Positions 1 to 10,153 are shown, numbered from the stretch's first letter. The stretch is 64,000 nt of DNA from Bacillota bacterium (GCA_017431785.1 JAFRKJ010000044.1:3346-67345), one strand, 5' to 3'. Notes: generated from the letters alone by a model not told the origin. Translations and numbers: made by a program.

Positions 1-2277
1 ATACCATCCGCCAAACGTATATCCAGCGCGTGTAGGAACTGTATTAGTGACTGGTTGATTCGTTCCATAAGGTACAGTTGTCCCCTCTACATAGCTACCG
101 CCTTTGGTATCATAAGTGAGCTGGAAGTTTTTGCGAGTGTATTTAACTACCAGCTCCTGTCCTTCCGCCTGCGTGATCTGAGCACCTTCAGCCAGCTCTA
201 ATGTATAATTATCAAAGCTCTTGACTGTCGGTGTCACATAACTATTCAGAACACCATAAACATGCTCCTTTGTATTAGGAATCTCTGTATATCCATCTCC
301 AGTCAAGTCTTTGACTTTATAAACGAAATCATATTCTGCTGTGTATGGAACATATTTAATTCTTGCTGTATATTCTTTATTCTCATTAAAGTCTGTTTTT
401 TCAATTTCAACTGTCGGTGTCTCTGGATAATAAATCGGAGCACCAGCAACCTCGTTAGGGTCAGTCTGCGTAGTGGATGGCGCCGTAATTGTGTATGGTA
501 ACTCATGCGCTTCAGCCTGAAGGAGGTCTGTGTTGAAAACAACTTCTTCCCCACGATCATTAAGATAATAATATTGAGCCGTGATACTATATATATCTAC
601 AGTACGGAACTGCGCAACAGCAGTAATATTGTCGTTAACAACTGTGTCTGCTGTTACTTCAGTATCTGTGTCCTGAATGACCCATTTCTCAAACACTTTG
701 CCCGCTACAAATGGATTCTGTGGCATAGTGCCAATAGTTTCACCAGCATCACGGAAGTACTGCGAGAGCCTCTCTGTTGTTTCACCATCATCATCAACGA
801 CAACAAAGTCAACCTTGTACTGATCTGTAAACTCAGCAGTTATCTCAAGATCAGAGTTGATTGTCTCGCCGCCTACATATTCTGTTTCACCAATAAACCA
901 TCCTACGAACTGCTTGCCTTCAACTACTGGCTCTGTAGGAAGTGTAAGTTTATCGCCTTTGTAATATTTATCACTCTGATAGTTTTTGCCTTCAACCTTA
1001 AAGGTTACTATGAATTCGTTCTGGTCATACACTGCCCAGACATCGGTGTTTGCTCTAACTGCAACTTTATTTGTAAAGTTACCGCCGCTGTACACCCACT
1101 TGCCGGAGTATCCTGCTTTCTCAGGTACTGCAGGGATATCATTCAAGCAATAACTGGTGCCTGCAGTGACTTCCTTACTTGCTAAGACTTCGCTCTTATT
1201 TTCATCTGTATAGAATGTAATCGTATACTTTATCGGATCATAGTCCGGAACAACAGATGTGTCTTTTGTTGGAACATATTCAGACGTAATTCTTTCCTCT
1301 ACTGTTGTCGTTCCATGGTCATCTATCGTACCTACAGCCCAAAATGCGTTGTAGTCTTCACGTTCGATGACACTCGGCATTTGATCGCCAATGGCTTCTT
1401 CCTTCGGAACTTTAACAGTTCTATAGACTTCGCCATCTCTGTTGTAGAAAGTCACTGTCCAGGTTTCAACTTCCTCAGTCACTTCCTCTCCATCGCCTGC
1501 TTTTGCAGCAATGATGTATTTTGAGAAGTGTGTTGCAGGAACGCTGGCTGCACCATTTGCGCTTGCCTCTGCAACGACTGAAGCATTGCCGGAATCGCTA
1601 ACGTGTACGACTTCTTTCTCAGCAGCAACGTCCAGTCCGGATGCATTCAAATTGACCTGAACTTCTCTTTCAGGTTGAACCTCTTTACCATCATTGTGGA
1701 ACGTGATGTCTACGGCCTTATAGTCCTCGACTTCACTGCCGACGGCGTTGCTGACTTTTGCATCAAGCTCGGCAGAATGTCCAACAGCCTTGACAGTCAT
1801 CTCGGTTCCCTTAAGGAAAGCACCTTCCGGCGCTATTACCTCTACATGGACACCGCCGGCGTTGCCTTTGAAGGTCTTAGCAGGATACTCTTCGTCCTCC
1901 TTTTGCTCGTCCTCCGTCGGTTCCGTCTCTTCGGTCGCCTCTGTTGGCTCCGCCTGTTCACTGCCGCTTTCTTCCGTCACCGCCTCGGTCTCCTGCTCTG
2001 CAGGTTCCTCAGCAGGCGTAGCCTGAGTTTCGGCTTGCGACTCCTCTGTTGGCTCTGCCTTCGTCGTCGGTTGTGTCGTCTCCGTCGGCTCTGCCTTTGT
2101 CGTTGGTTGTGTCGACTCCGTTGGCTCTGTTTTCTGCTCTGCCTCCTGTGCGGTTACAGTCGGCTCCTCCGCTGCGCTCACTGCAAAAGCAGTAAGATTC
2201 TGCGGGCTGAAGCTGTACGCCGCCAGTATGGCAAGGGCCATAAACAACGCCAGAAAACGTCTGGTGTTCTTTTTCAT
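1..2277 (-). CDS. Large secreted/surface protein with InlB B-repeat (Listeria-Bacteroides) domains; 3' end lies outside the window
   Basis: Missing from the ORF track because no stop lies in the window. My translation from ATG 2277 (SD GAGGA): signal peptide MKKNTRRFLALFMALAILAAYSFSPQNLTAFA, an E/T/P-rich linker, then repeats such as LTYDTKGGSYV...VPTRAGYTFGGWY at the edge. Confidence 0.85.
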   Translation of the reverse strand, partial: MKKNTRRFLALFMALAILAAYSFSPQNLTAFAVSAAEEPTVTAQEAEQKTEPTESTQPTTKAEPTETTQPTTKAEPTEESQAETQATPAEEPAEQETEAVTEESGSEQAEPTEATEETEPTEDEQKEDEEYPAKTFKGNAGGVHVEVIAPEGAFLKGTEMTVKAVGHSAELDAKVSNAVGSEVEDYKAVDITFHNDGKEVQPEREVQVNLNASGLDVAAEKEVVHVSDSGNASVVAEASANGAASVPATHFSKYIIAAKAGDGEEVTEEVETWTVTFYNRDGEVYRTVKVPKEEAIGDQMPSVIEREDYNAFWAVGTIDDHGTTTVEERITSEYVPTKDTSVVPDYDPIKYTITFYTDENKSEVLASKEVTAGTSYCLNDIPAVPEKAGYSGKWVYSGGNFTNKVAVRANTDVWAVYDQNEFIVTFKVEGKNYQSDKYYKGDKLTLPTEPVVEGKQFVGWFIGETEYVGGETINSDLEITAEFTDQYKVDFVVVDDDGETTERLSQYFRDAGETIGTMPQNPFVAGKVFEKWVIQDTDTEVTADTVVNDNITAVAQFRTVDIYSITAQYYYLNDRGEEVVFNTDLLQAEAHELPYTITAPSTTQTDPNEVAGAPIYYPETPTVEIEKTDFNENKEYTARIKYVPYTAEYDFVYKVKDLTGDGYTEIPNTKEHVYGVLNSYVTPTVKSFDNYTLELAEGAQITQAEGQELVVKYTRKNFQLTYDTKGGSYVEGTTVPYGTNQPVTNTVPTRAGYTFGGWY
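2045..2132 (-). repeat. 33-bp tandem coding repeats (KAEPTETTQPTT-like) in the surface-protein linker
   Basis: Repeated ggctctgcctt(c/t)gtcgt(c/t)ggttgtgtcg units are visible. Confidence 0.7.
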
Positions 2278-2514
2278 TGCTCCGTCCTCTTTGCTACTCA
2301 ACAAACTATCCTCTTCTTTTCCTAATATTATCAAATCGTTACGATTATATGATATTTTCCTACGCGTCCTTATTTCCGTCACAAAGACTTGAAAAATGCG
2401 TAAAAAATACCCCAAACCCCAACTTTGTTAATTATAAAATAAGCGGCTATACGTGTCAATTTATAACATCTATATGTACTATATTTGACACCTTAAATAT
2501 CCTTAATGTTTTCC

Positions 2515-2543
2515 TTACTATCTTCCAGCCGTACTGTTAAGAT
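2515..2543 (+). promoter_or_regulatory. sigmaA-like promoter of the queT remnant
   Basis: TTACTA-N17-TAAGAT, homologous to TTGCTA-N17-TATGAT at 10354-10382. Confidence 0.5.
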
Positions 2544-2572
2544 GTTGGGAAACGCGAAAAATTGGAGGACTC

Positions 2573-2696
2573 ATGAAACAGACAACTTTTAATGCAAAAA
2601 TCATGGCGCTTGGTGCGATCATCGCGGCGATGTATGTCGCGCTGACGATCGTCTTTGCGCCGATTTCATACGGCGCCGTGCAGGTGCGCATTTCCG
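2573..2696 (+). pseudogene. queT: 5' fragment of a queT paralog
   Basis: MKQTTFNAKIMALGAIIAAMYVALTIVFAPISYGAVQVRIS is nearly identical to the N-terminus of 10424..10981; similarity stops at ATTTCCG (2690-2696). Confidence 0.85.
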
Positions 2697-2997
2697 TCGG
2701 CACCACATTCCTCACACTGCTGTCCGACGCGCCAATAATATCGCACTCCTCAATCACATCCCAAAGCGCCAGCCCATTATCAAGAACCAAGCGCTTCTTC
2801 TCTTCAATGCTCCCCGGCACCTCCGCTTCCAAAACCTGCGCCAGCACCATCCAAAACCGATTGCGCGGATGTCCATAATAAAAGCCCACCTCCCGACTCG
2901 CAGGAGATGGAATCGAACCCAAAACCAACACTTTGGAATTCTCGTTATACAGCGGCCCAAACGTATGGACCACATGGCGGTACTCGTTCTTCTTCAT
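2690..2997 (-). pseudogene. 5' fragment of a uracil/hypoxanthine-DNA glycosylase paralog
   Basis: MKKNEYRHVVHTFGPLYN...LGSIPSPASREVGFYYGHPRNRFW...GASDSSVRNVVPT matches 19776..20276 but lacks the C-terminal PSTSPAN motif; reads on into antisense queT. Confidence 0.85.
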
Positions 2998-3075
2998 GGT
3001 CATATCATACCACCCCAACCAAAAACCTGCCAATGCATGATGCAAAGGCAGGTCTTTAAGCTCGCAACTATCTTC

Positions 3076-4728
3076 TTAGGATTTTCCGTTATCCTTATCC
3101 CCGAAAAACAGTTTCAAGTCACTATCGACGGTGCCGATTCCTGATATCCCGAAGGTGTGCGCCAGAATCCTGGTCACGCCCGGCGACAGAAAGGCCGGGA
3201 GCGTCGGCCCCAGGTGGATGTTCTTAATTCCGAGCGAAAGCAGGGCCAATAGTACAATGACTGCTTTTTGCTCATACCACGCGATATTGAAGACAATTGG
3301 CAGCTCATTGATGTCCTTCAGATCAAAGATCTTCTTCAGTTCCAGCATGATAACTGCCAGTGAGTAGGAATCGTTGCATTGTCCTGCATCGAGCACCCGC
3401 GGAATGCTCCCGATGTCACTCAGATTTTGCTTGATGTACCTATACTTTGCGCAGCCTGCAGTCAGAATCACGACGTCGTCCGGAAGGTTCTCGGCGAACT
3501 CAGTGTAATACTTCCTTGATTTCATTCTTCCATCGCAGCCTGCCATTACCACAAACTTACGAATGTCTCCGTTTTTTATGGAATTGACGATCAGCTCTGA
3601 CAAAGCCATGATCTGGCTGTGAGCAAAACCACCAATGATTCTGCCGGTCTCGATTTCTTCTGGAGGGGCGCATTTCTTCGCCTGCTTTATGATGCCTGAG
3701 AAATCTTTGGTTTCACCGTACTCTCCGAATATATGCCTGCATCCTGCGACCCCTGCAGTCCCCGTTGTCCAAAGTCTATCTTTGTATTTTTCACCCGGCG
3801 GAACTACACAGTTCGTTGTCATGAGGATAGGGCCATGGAATTTTTCGAACTCTGCGCGCTGTTCCCACCATGCATTTCCATAGTTCCCTGCAAGGTGAGG
3901 ATATTTTTTGAATTTCGGATAATAATGTGCCGGGAGCATTTCTGAATGCGTATATATATCAACCCCTGTACCTTCGGTCTGTTCAAGCAGCATTTCCAGA
4001 TCGCGCAGGTCATGACCGGATACCAGAATCCCCGGATTCTTTCCGACACCCAGATCCACTGACGTGATCGATGGTGTCCCATAACGCTTGTTGTTTGCTG
4101 TATCAAGCAAAGCCATCCCCAGGACGCCGACTCTACCTGTCTCAAGAACAAGTTTCATCAAGTCCCCCTCTGATATGCCGTCATCCAACGTCATGGAAAG
4201 GGCTTTCTGGATAAAAGCGTCAATCTTTTCATCTTCCTGCCCTAACGCATTGGCATGTTTCATGTACGCCGACAAACCTTTCAGTCCATAGGTAATCAGC
4301 TCTCTCAGACTCCTGACGTCCTCCTCCTGCGTTGCCAGAACACCAAGTCCCTTTGTATTGACATCCAACCCATCTTCAACCTCCCAGAAGACGGCTTCCG
4401 GCAGATCTTCCGGATTTCTGACCTTCGGCAGAAGTGCTTCCTTTGCGTCAATGGTTTCCATGATCCGATCTGCAATCGTCTCTCGATCAAAATTCGTGTT
4501 CGTCACAGTCGCGAACAGGTTTTGCGTAATCAGATGATTGATTTCTCTGCTTATCACCTTGTCCTCCTGCCTTAATCTTGTTGTGACACATGATAATCCT
4601 TTCGTAACATAGATGAGGATATCTTGCAAATTCGCAATCTCAGGATCTTTCCCACAAACACCAAACTTTGTACAACCTTTCCCACCGGCTGTTTCCTGAC
4701 ACTGATAACAAAACATCTGATTATCCAT
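3076..4728 (-). CDS. hcp: Hydroxylamine reductase (hybrid cluster protein)
   Basis: [24 protein letters not shown]-terminal cluster motif; [29 protein letters not shown]. Start placed at MDNQ (M at 4740 also possible). Confidence 0.95.
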   Translation of the reverse strand: MDNQMFCYQCQETAGGKGCTKFGVCGKDPEIANLQDILIYVTKGLSCVTTRLRQEDKVISREINHLITQNLFATVTNTNFDRETIADRIMETIDAKEALLPKVRNPEDLPEAVFWEVEDGLDVNTKGLGVLATQEEDVRSLRELITYGLKGLSAYMKHANALGQEDEKIDAFIQKALSMTLDDGISEGDLMKLVLETGRVGVLGMALLDTANNKRYGTPSITSVDLGVGKNPGILVSGHDLRDLEMLLEQTEGTGVDIYTHSEMLPAHYYPKFKKYPHLAGNYGNAWWEQRAEFEKFHGPILMTTNCVVPPGEKYKDRLWTTGTAGVAGCRHIFGEYGETKDFSGIIKQAKKCAPPEEIETGRIIGGFAHSQIMALSELIVNSIKNGDIRKFVVMAGCDGRMKSRKYYTEFAENLPDDVVILTAGCAKYRYIKQNLSDIGSIPRVLDAGQCNDSYSLAVIMLELKKIFDLKDINELPIVFNIAWYEQKAVIVLLALLSLGIKNIHLGPTLPAFLSPGVTRILAHTFGISGIGTVDSDLKLFFGDKDNGKS

Positions 4729-4798
4729 AACCTTCTTCATCCTTTCTGTGCAGTAAACCTCTTTTCGCACCTGCATAACACCTTTTCTGTCTCTCACG

Positions 4799-4822
4799 AT
4801 TCTATTGTCTTCGAACTAACGC
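4799..4822 (-). promoter_or_regulatory. hcp promoter, GCGTTAGT-N10-TAGAAT
   Basis: Same box and spacing as at 7690-7713 and 10154-10177. Confidence 0.65.
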
Positions 4823-4910
4823 AGCACAAACCAGATAACTTTGTTTGTTACACGTTATTAGCCATCAATATAATAATAATTGTTCCTGTCATAAAGGTTC
4901 CTATACAAGC

Positions 4911-4956
4911 AGTCAGCGCCTGGGGGATGTTTATTTTCCTCCCCCGGGCGCTGACT
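4911..4956. terminator. Strong GC-rich hairpin between the XRE gene and hcp (weak U-tract)
   Basis: agtcagcgcctggggga...tcccccgggcgctgact inverted repeat. Confidence 0.45.
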
Positions 4957-4994
4957 TTGCATATATGAAGATTAGAGGTGGTGTTATCGCAGAA

Positions 4995-5273
4995 TCATTC
5001 ATCCTGCAGCCGGTCGATCAGTTCATAGATGATCCGTGCGTCAGATTCTTTTAGATCTTCTATACTGACGACTGACTGCATATCACGACCGAGCAAAAAG
5101 TCGGTAGAGACATTGAAATAATCTGCCAGATCGATCAGATGACTGACCGATGGCATTGTAAGCCCGGTCTCCCAGGCATTGACACTTGATCTGGAGATGC
5201 CGATTCTCCTAGCCAGGTGTGATTGCGTGACTCCTTTTTTCTTGCGTAAATCTCTGATTCGGATCTGGTTCAT
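4995..5273 (-). CDS. XRE-family HTH transcriptional regulator
   Basis: IRDLRKKKGVTQSHLARRIGISRSSVNAWETG...LADYFNVSTDFLLG is a typical HTH_3 pattern. Confidence 0.9.
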   Translation of the reverse strand: MNQIRIRDLRKKKGVTQSHLARRIGISRSSVNAWETGLTMPSVSHLIDLADYFNVSTDFLLGRDMQSVVSIEDLKESDARIIYELIDRLQDE

Positions 5274-5286
5274 ATTCTCTTCTCTC

Positions 5287-5625
5287 TCATTCATTGTCCA
5301 CCTTCACCAGCAGGTGAATCGTATCATGCTTCGCCAGATTGATTGTCACACCTGATTCGGGTTCCTGCGCTATCACAATATAATTTCGTATATACTCATC
5401 AAAATCATCGCTGGAGATAATTTTCCCATCTACTCTCTGAAACTCTATGTCTCTGGGTTCAATCCCTATGTCCAGGAGTGCCTCTTCTGCATCATCCCAA
5501 TCAAGACCCGTCACATCAGGTATCATCATCTTTTGCGCGGCAGCCGACAACCCGAGCGAAATACAGACTGCTGTCGCCATTACAGCAATAGAAACACCGA
5601 CGATAATCTTTTTTCTCTTGTCCAT
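5287..5625 (-). CDS. Small membrane-anchored PASTA-domain protein
   Basis: N-terminal TM helix, then IPDVTGLDWDDAEEALLDIGI...VIAQEPESG. SD AGGAG precedes ATG 5625. Confidence 0.75.
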   Translation of the reverse strand: MDKRKKIIVGVSIAVMATAVCISLGLSAAAQKMMIPDVTGLDWDDAEEALLDIGIEPRDIEFQRVDGKIISSDDFDEYIRNYIVIAQEPESGVTINLAKHDTIHLLVKVDNE

Positions 5626-5790
5626 AACATACTCTCCTGAAGTTATTTCCCATAACTGCATTTTTACTTTATAGTTCTGCAAAGCAGCAGAAAAACCACC
5701 GATAGCCCTGCACAATAAATCAGCGAGGGAATCCTGCCGGTTGGTATTATGTCTAAAAAAGAAGTAACATCCATATAATCCGGACTCCTT

Positions 5791-6294
5791 TCACCACTTC
5801 TCATAATGAATCTTATTCAATCGGGACATGATGGTCGTATGTTGATCACACGCATTAAACAAAAACATCATCGAAACCGGTTCAACTTTTGACGGGAACT
5901 GCATCATGTCCTGAAGCTGTTCCGCAAGGTCGTTCCCATTCTCATCCTGTCTGTTTCGCATCTGCACCCTGCAATGATTTATACCAAATCGCTCTGCAGT
6001 CATCTGAATCCCTGCGGCAGCAATCGCTGCGTTTTCTATCCAGAACTCATCTTCTTCGATGTCTGCAAGAATCAGAATGGCTGCTGCGGCTTCCCCATTT
6101 TCCTTTGAGGAGAATCCGTGAATTTTCTCCAGTCTCTGCAGAGACTTCTTATTCTGAACAACGATAAAATGAACCATTGCCCTTGCATCTGTACTTAAAA
6201 GAGAGCGGCCTGATATGATCATCTGGTTGAGCATAAAGGCATCAAAGGTATATCCTCTTTTTAATAAGCTTGATTGCTTTTGCCCGCTCCTCAT
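5791..6294 (-). CDS. Divergent nitroreductase-family protein
   Basis: HFIVVQNK...AAAAILILAD...WIENAAIAAAGIQMTAERFGINHCRVQMRNR...KIHYEKW resembles small nitroreductases; the N-terminal FMN motif is degenerate. Confidence 0.65.
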   Translation of the reverse strand: MRSGQKQSSLLKRGYTFDAFMLNQMIISGRSLLSTDARAMVHFIVVQNKKSLQRLEKIHGFSSKENGEAAAAILILADIEEDEFWIENAAIAAAGIQMTAERFGINHCRVQMRNRQDENGNDLAEQLQDMMQFPSKVEPVSMMFLFNACDQHTTIMSRLNKIHYEKW

Positions 6295-6301
6295 GTTCGT
6301 A

Positions 6302-7654
6302 TTATTCCTTCTTCTCAAATATCTCTGTCCAAAGTCTTTCAGCTGTATCATTCCATGCCTTTGCATAGGGCTTTGTTTTGCTACACAACTGTTCTATGGT
6401 CTCTGGGTGAACAGTGTCCGTGTTGATAGCATCCGTATTCCTGATGATATCCTCGATACACTCCGGATTTTCAAGCATCGGACAAGGCTTGAACATGTTC
6501 TCGTTGAAGGGCTGCCTGTCATGGTATGCCATGAATAAAGGCTTCCGATATGCGTCCAACAGACTTGTCTCATGTATATTGCAGTCGGAGTAATGGATAA
6601 ACGCACACGGCTCGATATCTCCATTTGCATTGATGTGGATATACTTTCTTCCCCCGGCGATGCACCCTCCGGCATACTTTCCGTCATTTTGAAAATCTAT
6701 AGTAAAGATCGGCTTTGTCCTGCGGTATTTCTGTATGTTGGCATACATTTTTTCTCTCTGCGCAGGGTTAGGGAGCAGTCCTGTATCAGCATCACTTCCC
6801 ACCGGCATATAGTGAAAAAACCACACGAAAAAAGCACCGCTTTCTATCATCATTTCGTAGTATTCATCACTGGACACATCATCGATATTCTGACTTGTAT
6901 AGCATGTGGAGACGCCGAACGGTATTCTGTATTCCTTCATCATCTCCATTTTGTCTCTGATCTTCTGATAAGTTCCTTTGCCGCGCCTTGCATCATTTGC
7001 CTGTTCAAAGCCTTCCATACTGATTGCCACAAGAAGATTTTTTAACCGCAGCATTTCTTCACAAAAATCATCATCGATGAGCGTTCCGTTTGTAAACGCC
7101 ATAAACATACAGTCAGGATGTTCCTCACATAAGCGGATGATGTCTTTCTTCCTCAGCAGCGGTTCTCCGCCGGTAAAGAGATAGATATATGTTCCCAAAT
7201 GCTTCCCCTGATTGACGATGGAGTCCATCACATCATATTTGAGATTCATGTGATTTCCGTATTTTGATGCCCAGCACCCCTTGCACTTCATATTACAAGC
7301 AGCCGTTGGGTCAAAAAGAATTGCCCAGGGGATGTTGCAGTTGTATTCCTCTGACAAGGTCTTCTGCAACACTCCTCCATTTAGTGTGGCGTTGATAATA
7401 AAATTCTGAAGGGATCGCTTACGTATTCCCGCATCGATTTCATAGACCCGGAGTATCAGATCATACCAGTTGTTCTTTTCCTCAATGGCTTTTCGGAATG
7501 CATCCCGCTGACCGGTAAACCACCCCTCGGAGGAAATTCTGTCAATCAAATCCATTAGTTTCGGAATGTTTTCCTCTGGATTATCCTCCAGATAAGTCAT
7601 CGCTTTTATCATTGTACGGTATTGAATCACATGCTTGATGGTGTCTGTTGACAT
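6302..7654 (-). CDS. Radical SAM protein with SPASM/twitch domain
   Basis: CNMKCKGC (CxxxCxxC), TGGEP, FTNGT, GCIAGGRKYIHINANGDIEPC, PCP. SD AGGAAGGGGG. Confidence 0.9.
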   Translation of the reverse strand: MSTDTIKHVIQYRTMIKAMTYLEDNPEENIPKLMDLIDRISSEGWFTGQRDAFRKAIEEKNNWYDLILRVYEIDAGIRKRSLQNFIINATLNGGVLQKTLSEEYNCNIPWAILFDPTAACNMKCKGCWASKYGNHMNLKYDVMDSIVNQGKHLGTYIYLFTGGEPLLRKKDIIRLCEEHPDCMFMAFTNGTLIDDDFCEEMLRLKNLLVAISMEGFEQANDARRGKGTYQKIRDKMEMMKEYRIPFGVSTCYTSQNIDDVSSDEYYEMMIESGAFFVWFFHYMPVGSDADTGLLPNPAQREKMYANIQKYRRTKPIFTIDFQNDGKYAGGCIAGGRKYIHINANGDIEPCAFIHYSDCNIHETSLLDAYRKPLFMAYHDRQPFNENMFKPCPMLENPECIEDIIRNTDAINTDTVHPETIEQLCSKTKPYAKAWNDTAERLWTEIFEKKE

Positions 7655-7689
7655 GAACTTCCCCCTTCCTGCTGAATGGCTTTTCCTGC

Positions 7690-7713
7690 ATTGTACCTTC
7701 ACGTTACTAACGC
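7690..7713 (-). promoter_or_regulatory. Radical SAM operon promoter, GCGTTAGT-N10-TACAAT
   Basis: Box and spacing shared with the hcp and kinase promoters. Confidence 0.65.
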
Positions 7714-7809
7714 AATACACACCGCACAATGCAAAAACAAAAAAGACGGTTCATCACTAAACCGTCTTCGCGCACGCCTTTATGGATGCCCTTTGCAACA
7801 AAAAGCGCC

Positions 7810-8607
7810 CTAAAACCCCAGATTAATCTTTTCTATGATCTCAGCCAGGGCGCTTTCACCCCAGGAATACTCTGTAAGGAATTCGCCCTCAAAGAGCGCC
7901 CTTTCGTCCCGTTCATTGTCCTGCCATGTGTAATAATCGCAATCAAAAATCTCCGTATTCGCCTTCTGTCCTCTTTTGGTCGTGATGAGAATATCCGCAA
8001 TGCCTGCATTGCTTAAAGTCTTTTTCAATCTTCTTAGCGCATTGAACAGAACGGTCATGTCACGGTTGCTGCAGGGCCGATCTTCCCAGACCGTTCTGTA
8101 TAATTCCTCATTGGAAATCTCCTTCCCCCTTTTCAAAACGACCAGCGCCAGGATCTCCTTGGCCTTCCCTGTCAGGGGGATTGGCTCTCCCTCTTTCATG
8201 ACGAGAAACCGTCCGAAGGTCTGAATATAAATCTCCTTCTGCTGTCTTTTTCTCAACAGCCGAAGACGCTCCATGGCCAGCTCCAGCGTCTCCTCGGAGT
8301 AAGGCTTGATCAGATAGTAATCCCCGCCGATCTCATTGCAGTCTCTGATGTAATCATCGTAAGCCGTCAGAAAAACGATGAGGATATCCGATCTCATCGC
8401 ACGCAGTTTCTTCGCCAGATCGATTCCGTTCATCACCGGCATCTCAATATCCAGAAAGGCAAGATCCACCGGATGCTCCGCCATATACTCAATGGCAGAG
8501 GCACCATCTTCAAAGCAGCCGACGAGCTCAATATCCTGAATGCCTTCACTGATCCTTTTGAATTTTCGCAGCATGATCGCTTCATCATCTACTATGATCG
8601 TCTTCAT
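7810..8607 (-). CDS. Response regulator, REC plus SARP-like winged-helix output
   Basis: IVDDE, FLDIEMPVMNG, LTAY, KP; C-terminal IQTFGRF...KAKEILAL...NALRRLKKTL...GEFLTEYSW. Confidence 0.85.
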   Translation of the reverse strand: MKTIIVDDEAIMLRKFKRISEGIQDIELVGCFEDGASAIEYMAEHPVDLAFLDIEMPVMNGIDLAKKLRAMRSDILIVFLTAYDDYIRDCNEIGGDYYLIKPYSEETLELAMERLRLLRKRQQKEIYIQTFGRFLVMKEGEPIPLTGKAKEILALVVLKRGKEISNEELYRTVWEDRPCSNRDMTVLFNALRRLKKTLSNAGIADILITTKRGQKANTEIFDCDYYTWQDNERDERALFEGEFLTEYSWGESALAEIIEKINLGF

Positions 8608-8636
8608 CTCATCCCCTCCTTGTAATTCATTTATCG

Positions 8637-10118
8637 CTACCTTGCTTTTGGAATCGTTACCGTTACCGTGGTTCCTTCGCCGATGACACTTTTTAGATTC
8701 ACATCTGCATCCAGCACATTGTTCAGGCGAAAGGTCAGATTCTTTAATCCCGTGGATTCGCTCATCTCCTGCTCCGACTCGTTTTGCAATTTCGACGCAT
8801 CGAATCCCACGCCGTTGTCTTCTATCTCTACGATCCAGCGGGTGTCGTCTTCGCGAGTCCTGATGACGACCCTTCCGCCCTCCTTTCCCTTTTGATAAAT
8901 GCCATGCCGTATTGCATTCTCGACAAGAGGCTGTATGCTCAACGGGAGAACCTCAAACTCTGACGATTGAATAGCAAAGACAACATCGAGCTTGCTTCCG
9001 AATCTCATCTTTTCAATGTTCACATAAGCGCGGATGTTGTCCAGCTCCTGTGAAAAAGAAACCAGTCTGTCGTCAGCCATGGATTTGATGCATCCTCTAA
9101 GGTATGTAGTGAAATCACCGAGAAGCTTAAAAGCGTAGTCTGGATCCTCCAGAATGATTTCCTGAATCGACCCTAACGCGTTATATAAAAAATGCGGCTG
9201 CATCTGCCCAGTGAAATTGCGAATTCTGCTGAGCTGCAGTTTTCGTTCCAGCTCCTCCATCTCTTTTTCTTTTTTCTGCTGTTCCGTCAGATCATAGACC
9301 ACGCAAAAGCTCATGATGTCTTTGCTCGTTTCATCCTGGTAAAGGTAGTACACCTGCTTGCAGGGCTGCAGCCCTCCTGCCGGATTCCTGTACGAAAAAT
9401 CCAGCGATACGCGCCGCTCCCCTTTCTCAAAAGCATCGATCAGATAGTCATTTTTTGTGACCAGCTGATAAACATCTCTGTTTGTGGCAAGCAGATGATC
9501 GATCAACCACTGGCTCAGCGTCGAATACCTCATAAACTCCTGCCGGTCCGGAACCGTTGAAAGGGGTTTGGAACTGTCCGGTACTTCCCCGATCGATCTC
9601 TCCAGAACCATGTCCTTGCTCAGATTGATTTCCAGATACCCCTCCGTGCTCGCCAGGATCGCATTCATGTGGTTTCGTTCCTTCTGCAGCAGCGATCGCA
9701 CTTCTTCAGAATGAGCCCGCTCCTGACGAATCAGATAGTCGATGTCCCTCACCCCGAGATAAACATGAGCGCTCTCGCCAGCCGTCCCCTGTATGGCCCT
9801 AATTTTATGGTACACCGGCTCTCCACCCCGGAGCACCCTGTAGATAAATGAATAGCACTCCCCTCCCTGCGTGCCCTTACGGAGCGCCTCTTTACTCAGC
9901 ATCTCCAGCACGTAATCCTGATCTTCCGGTGCAATTATTTCGGGAACCTTCTTCTCCAGTTCACTGAAAAAATCCTCTCCGTGCTTTTCCAGTCCGTGCT
10001 TTTCATAAGATTTACTCTCGTAAAAGCAGTAATACATTCCCGTGTCAATATCCACATCATAAAGGCTTTCGTAATTGATGAATAATGCCTTTGCAATTGT
10101 TTCATAGCTCGTCGACAT
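8637..10118 (-). CDS. Cytoplasmic LytS/YehU-type sensor histidine kinase
   Basis: QMQPHFLYNAL H-box, QPLVENAIRHG, EDNGVGF, TGLKN. No hydrophobic TM segment; N-terminal region looks PAS-like. Confidence 0.88.
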   Translation of the reverse strand: MSTSYETIAKALFINYESLYDVDIDTGMYYCFYESKSYEKHGLEKHGEDFFSELEKKVPEIIAPEDQDYVLEMLSKEALRKGTQGGECYSFIYRVLRGGEPVYHKIRAIQGTAGESAHVYLGVRDIDYLIRQERAHSEEVRSLLQKERNHMNAILASTEGYLEINLSKDMVLERSIGEVPDSSKPLSTVPDRQEFMRYSTLSQWLIDHLLATNRDVYQLVTKNDYLIDAFEKGERRVSLDFSYRNPAGGLQPCKQVYYLYQDETSKDIMSFCVVYDLTEQQKKEKEMEELERKLQLSRIRNFTGQMQPHFLYNALGSIQEIILEDPDYAFKLLGDFTTYLRGCIKSMADDRLVSFSQELDNIRAYVNIEKMRFGSKLDVVFAIQSSEFEVLPLSIQPLVENAIRHGIYQKGKEGGRVVIRTREDDTRWIVEIEDNGVGFDASKLQNESEQEMSESTGLKNLTFRLNNVLDADVNLKSVIGEGTTVTVTIPKAR

Positions 10119-10153
10119 AGATCTTCCCCCCTTTCACAGTATACAACAACTTG

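Noticed and set aside
262-2325. + strand ORFs (505..1185, 1603..2325 and others) with Cys/Leu/Arg-rich translations
   Set aside because: Antisense shadows of the - strand surface-protein gene; the LCRLRRLC repeats mirror its EPTE repeats.
2518-3045. 175-aa ORF as an intact glycosylase
   Set aside because: Its C-terminal part is antisense queT and the PSTSPAN motif is missing; treated as a pseudogene chimera.
4830-4860. HcpR/Crp-Fnr box upstream of hcp
   Set aside because: Only a loose GATAAC-N7-GTTAC resemblance; the GCGTTAGT box explains the promoter better.
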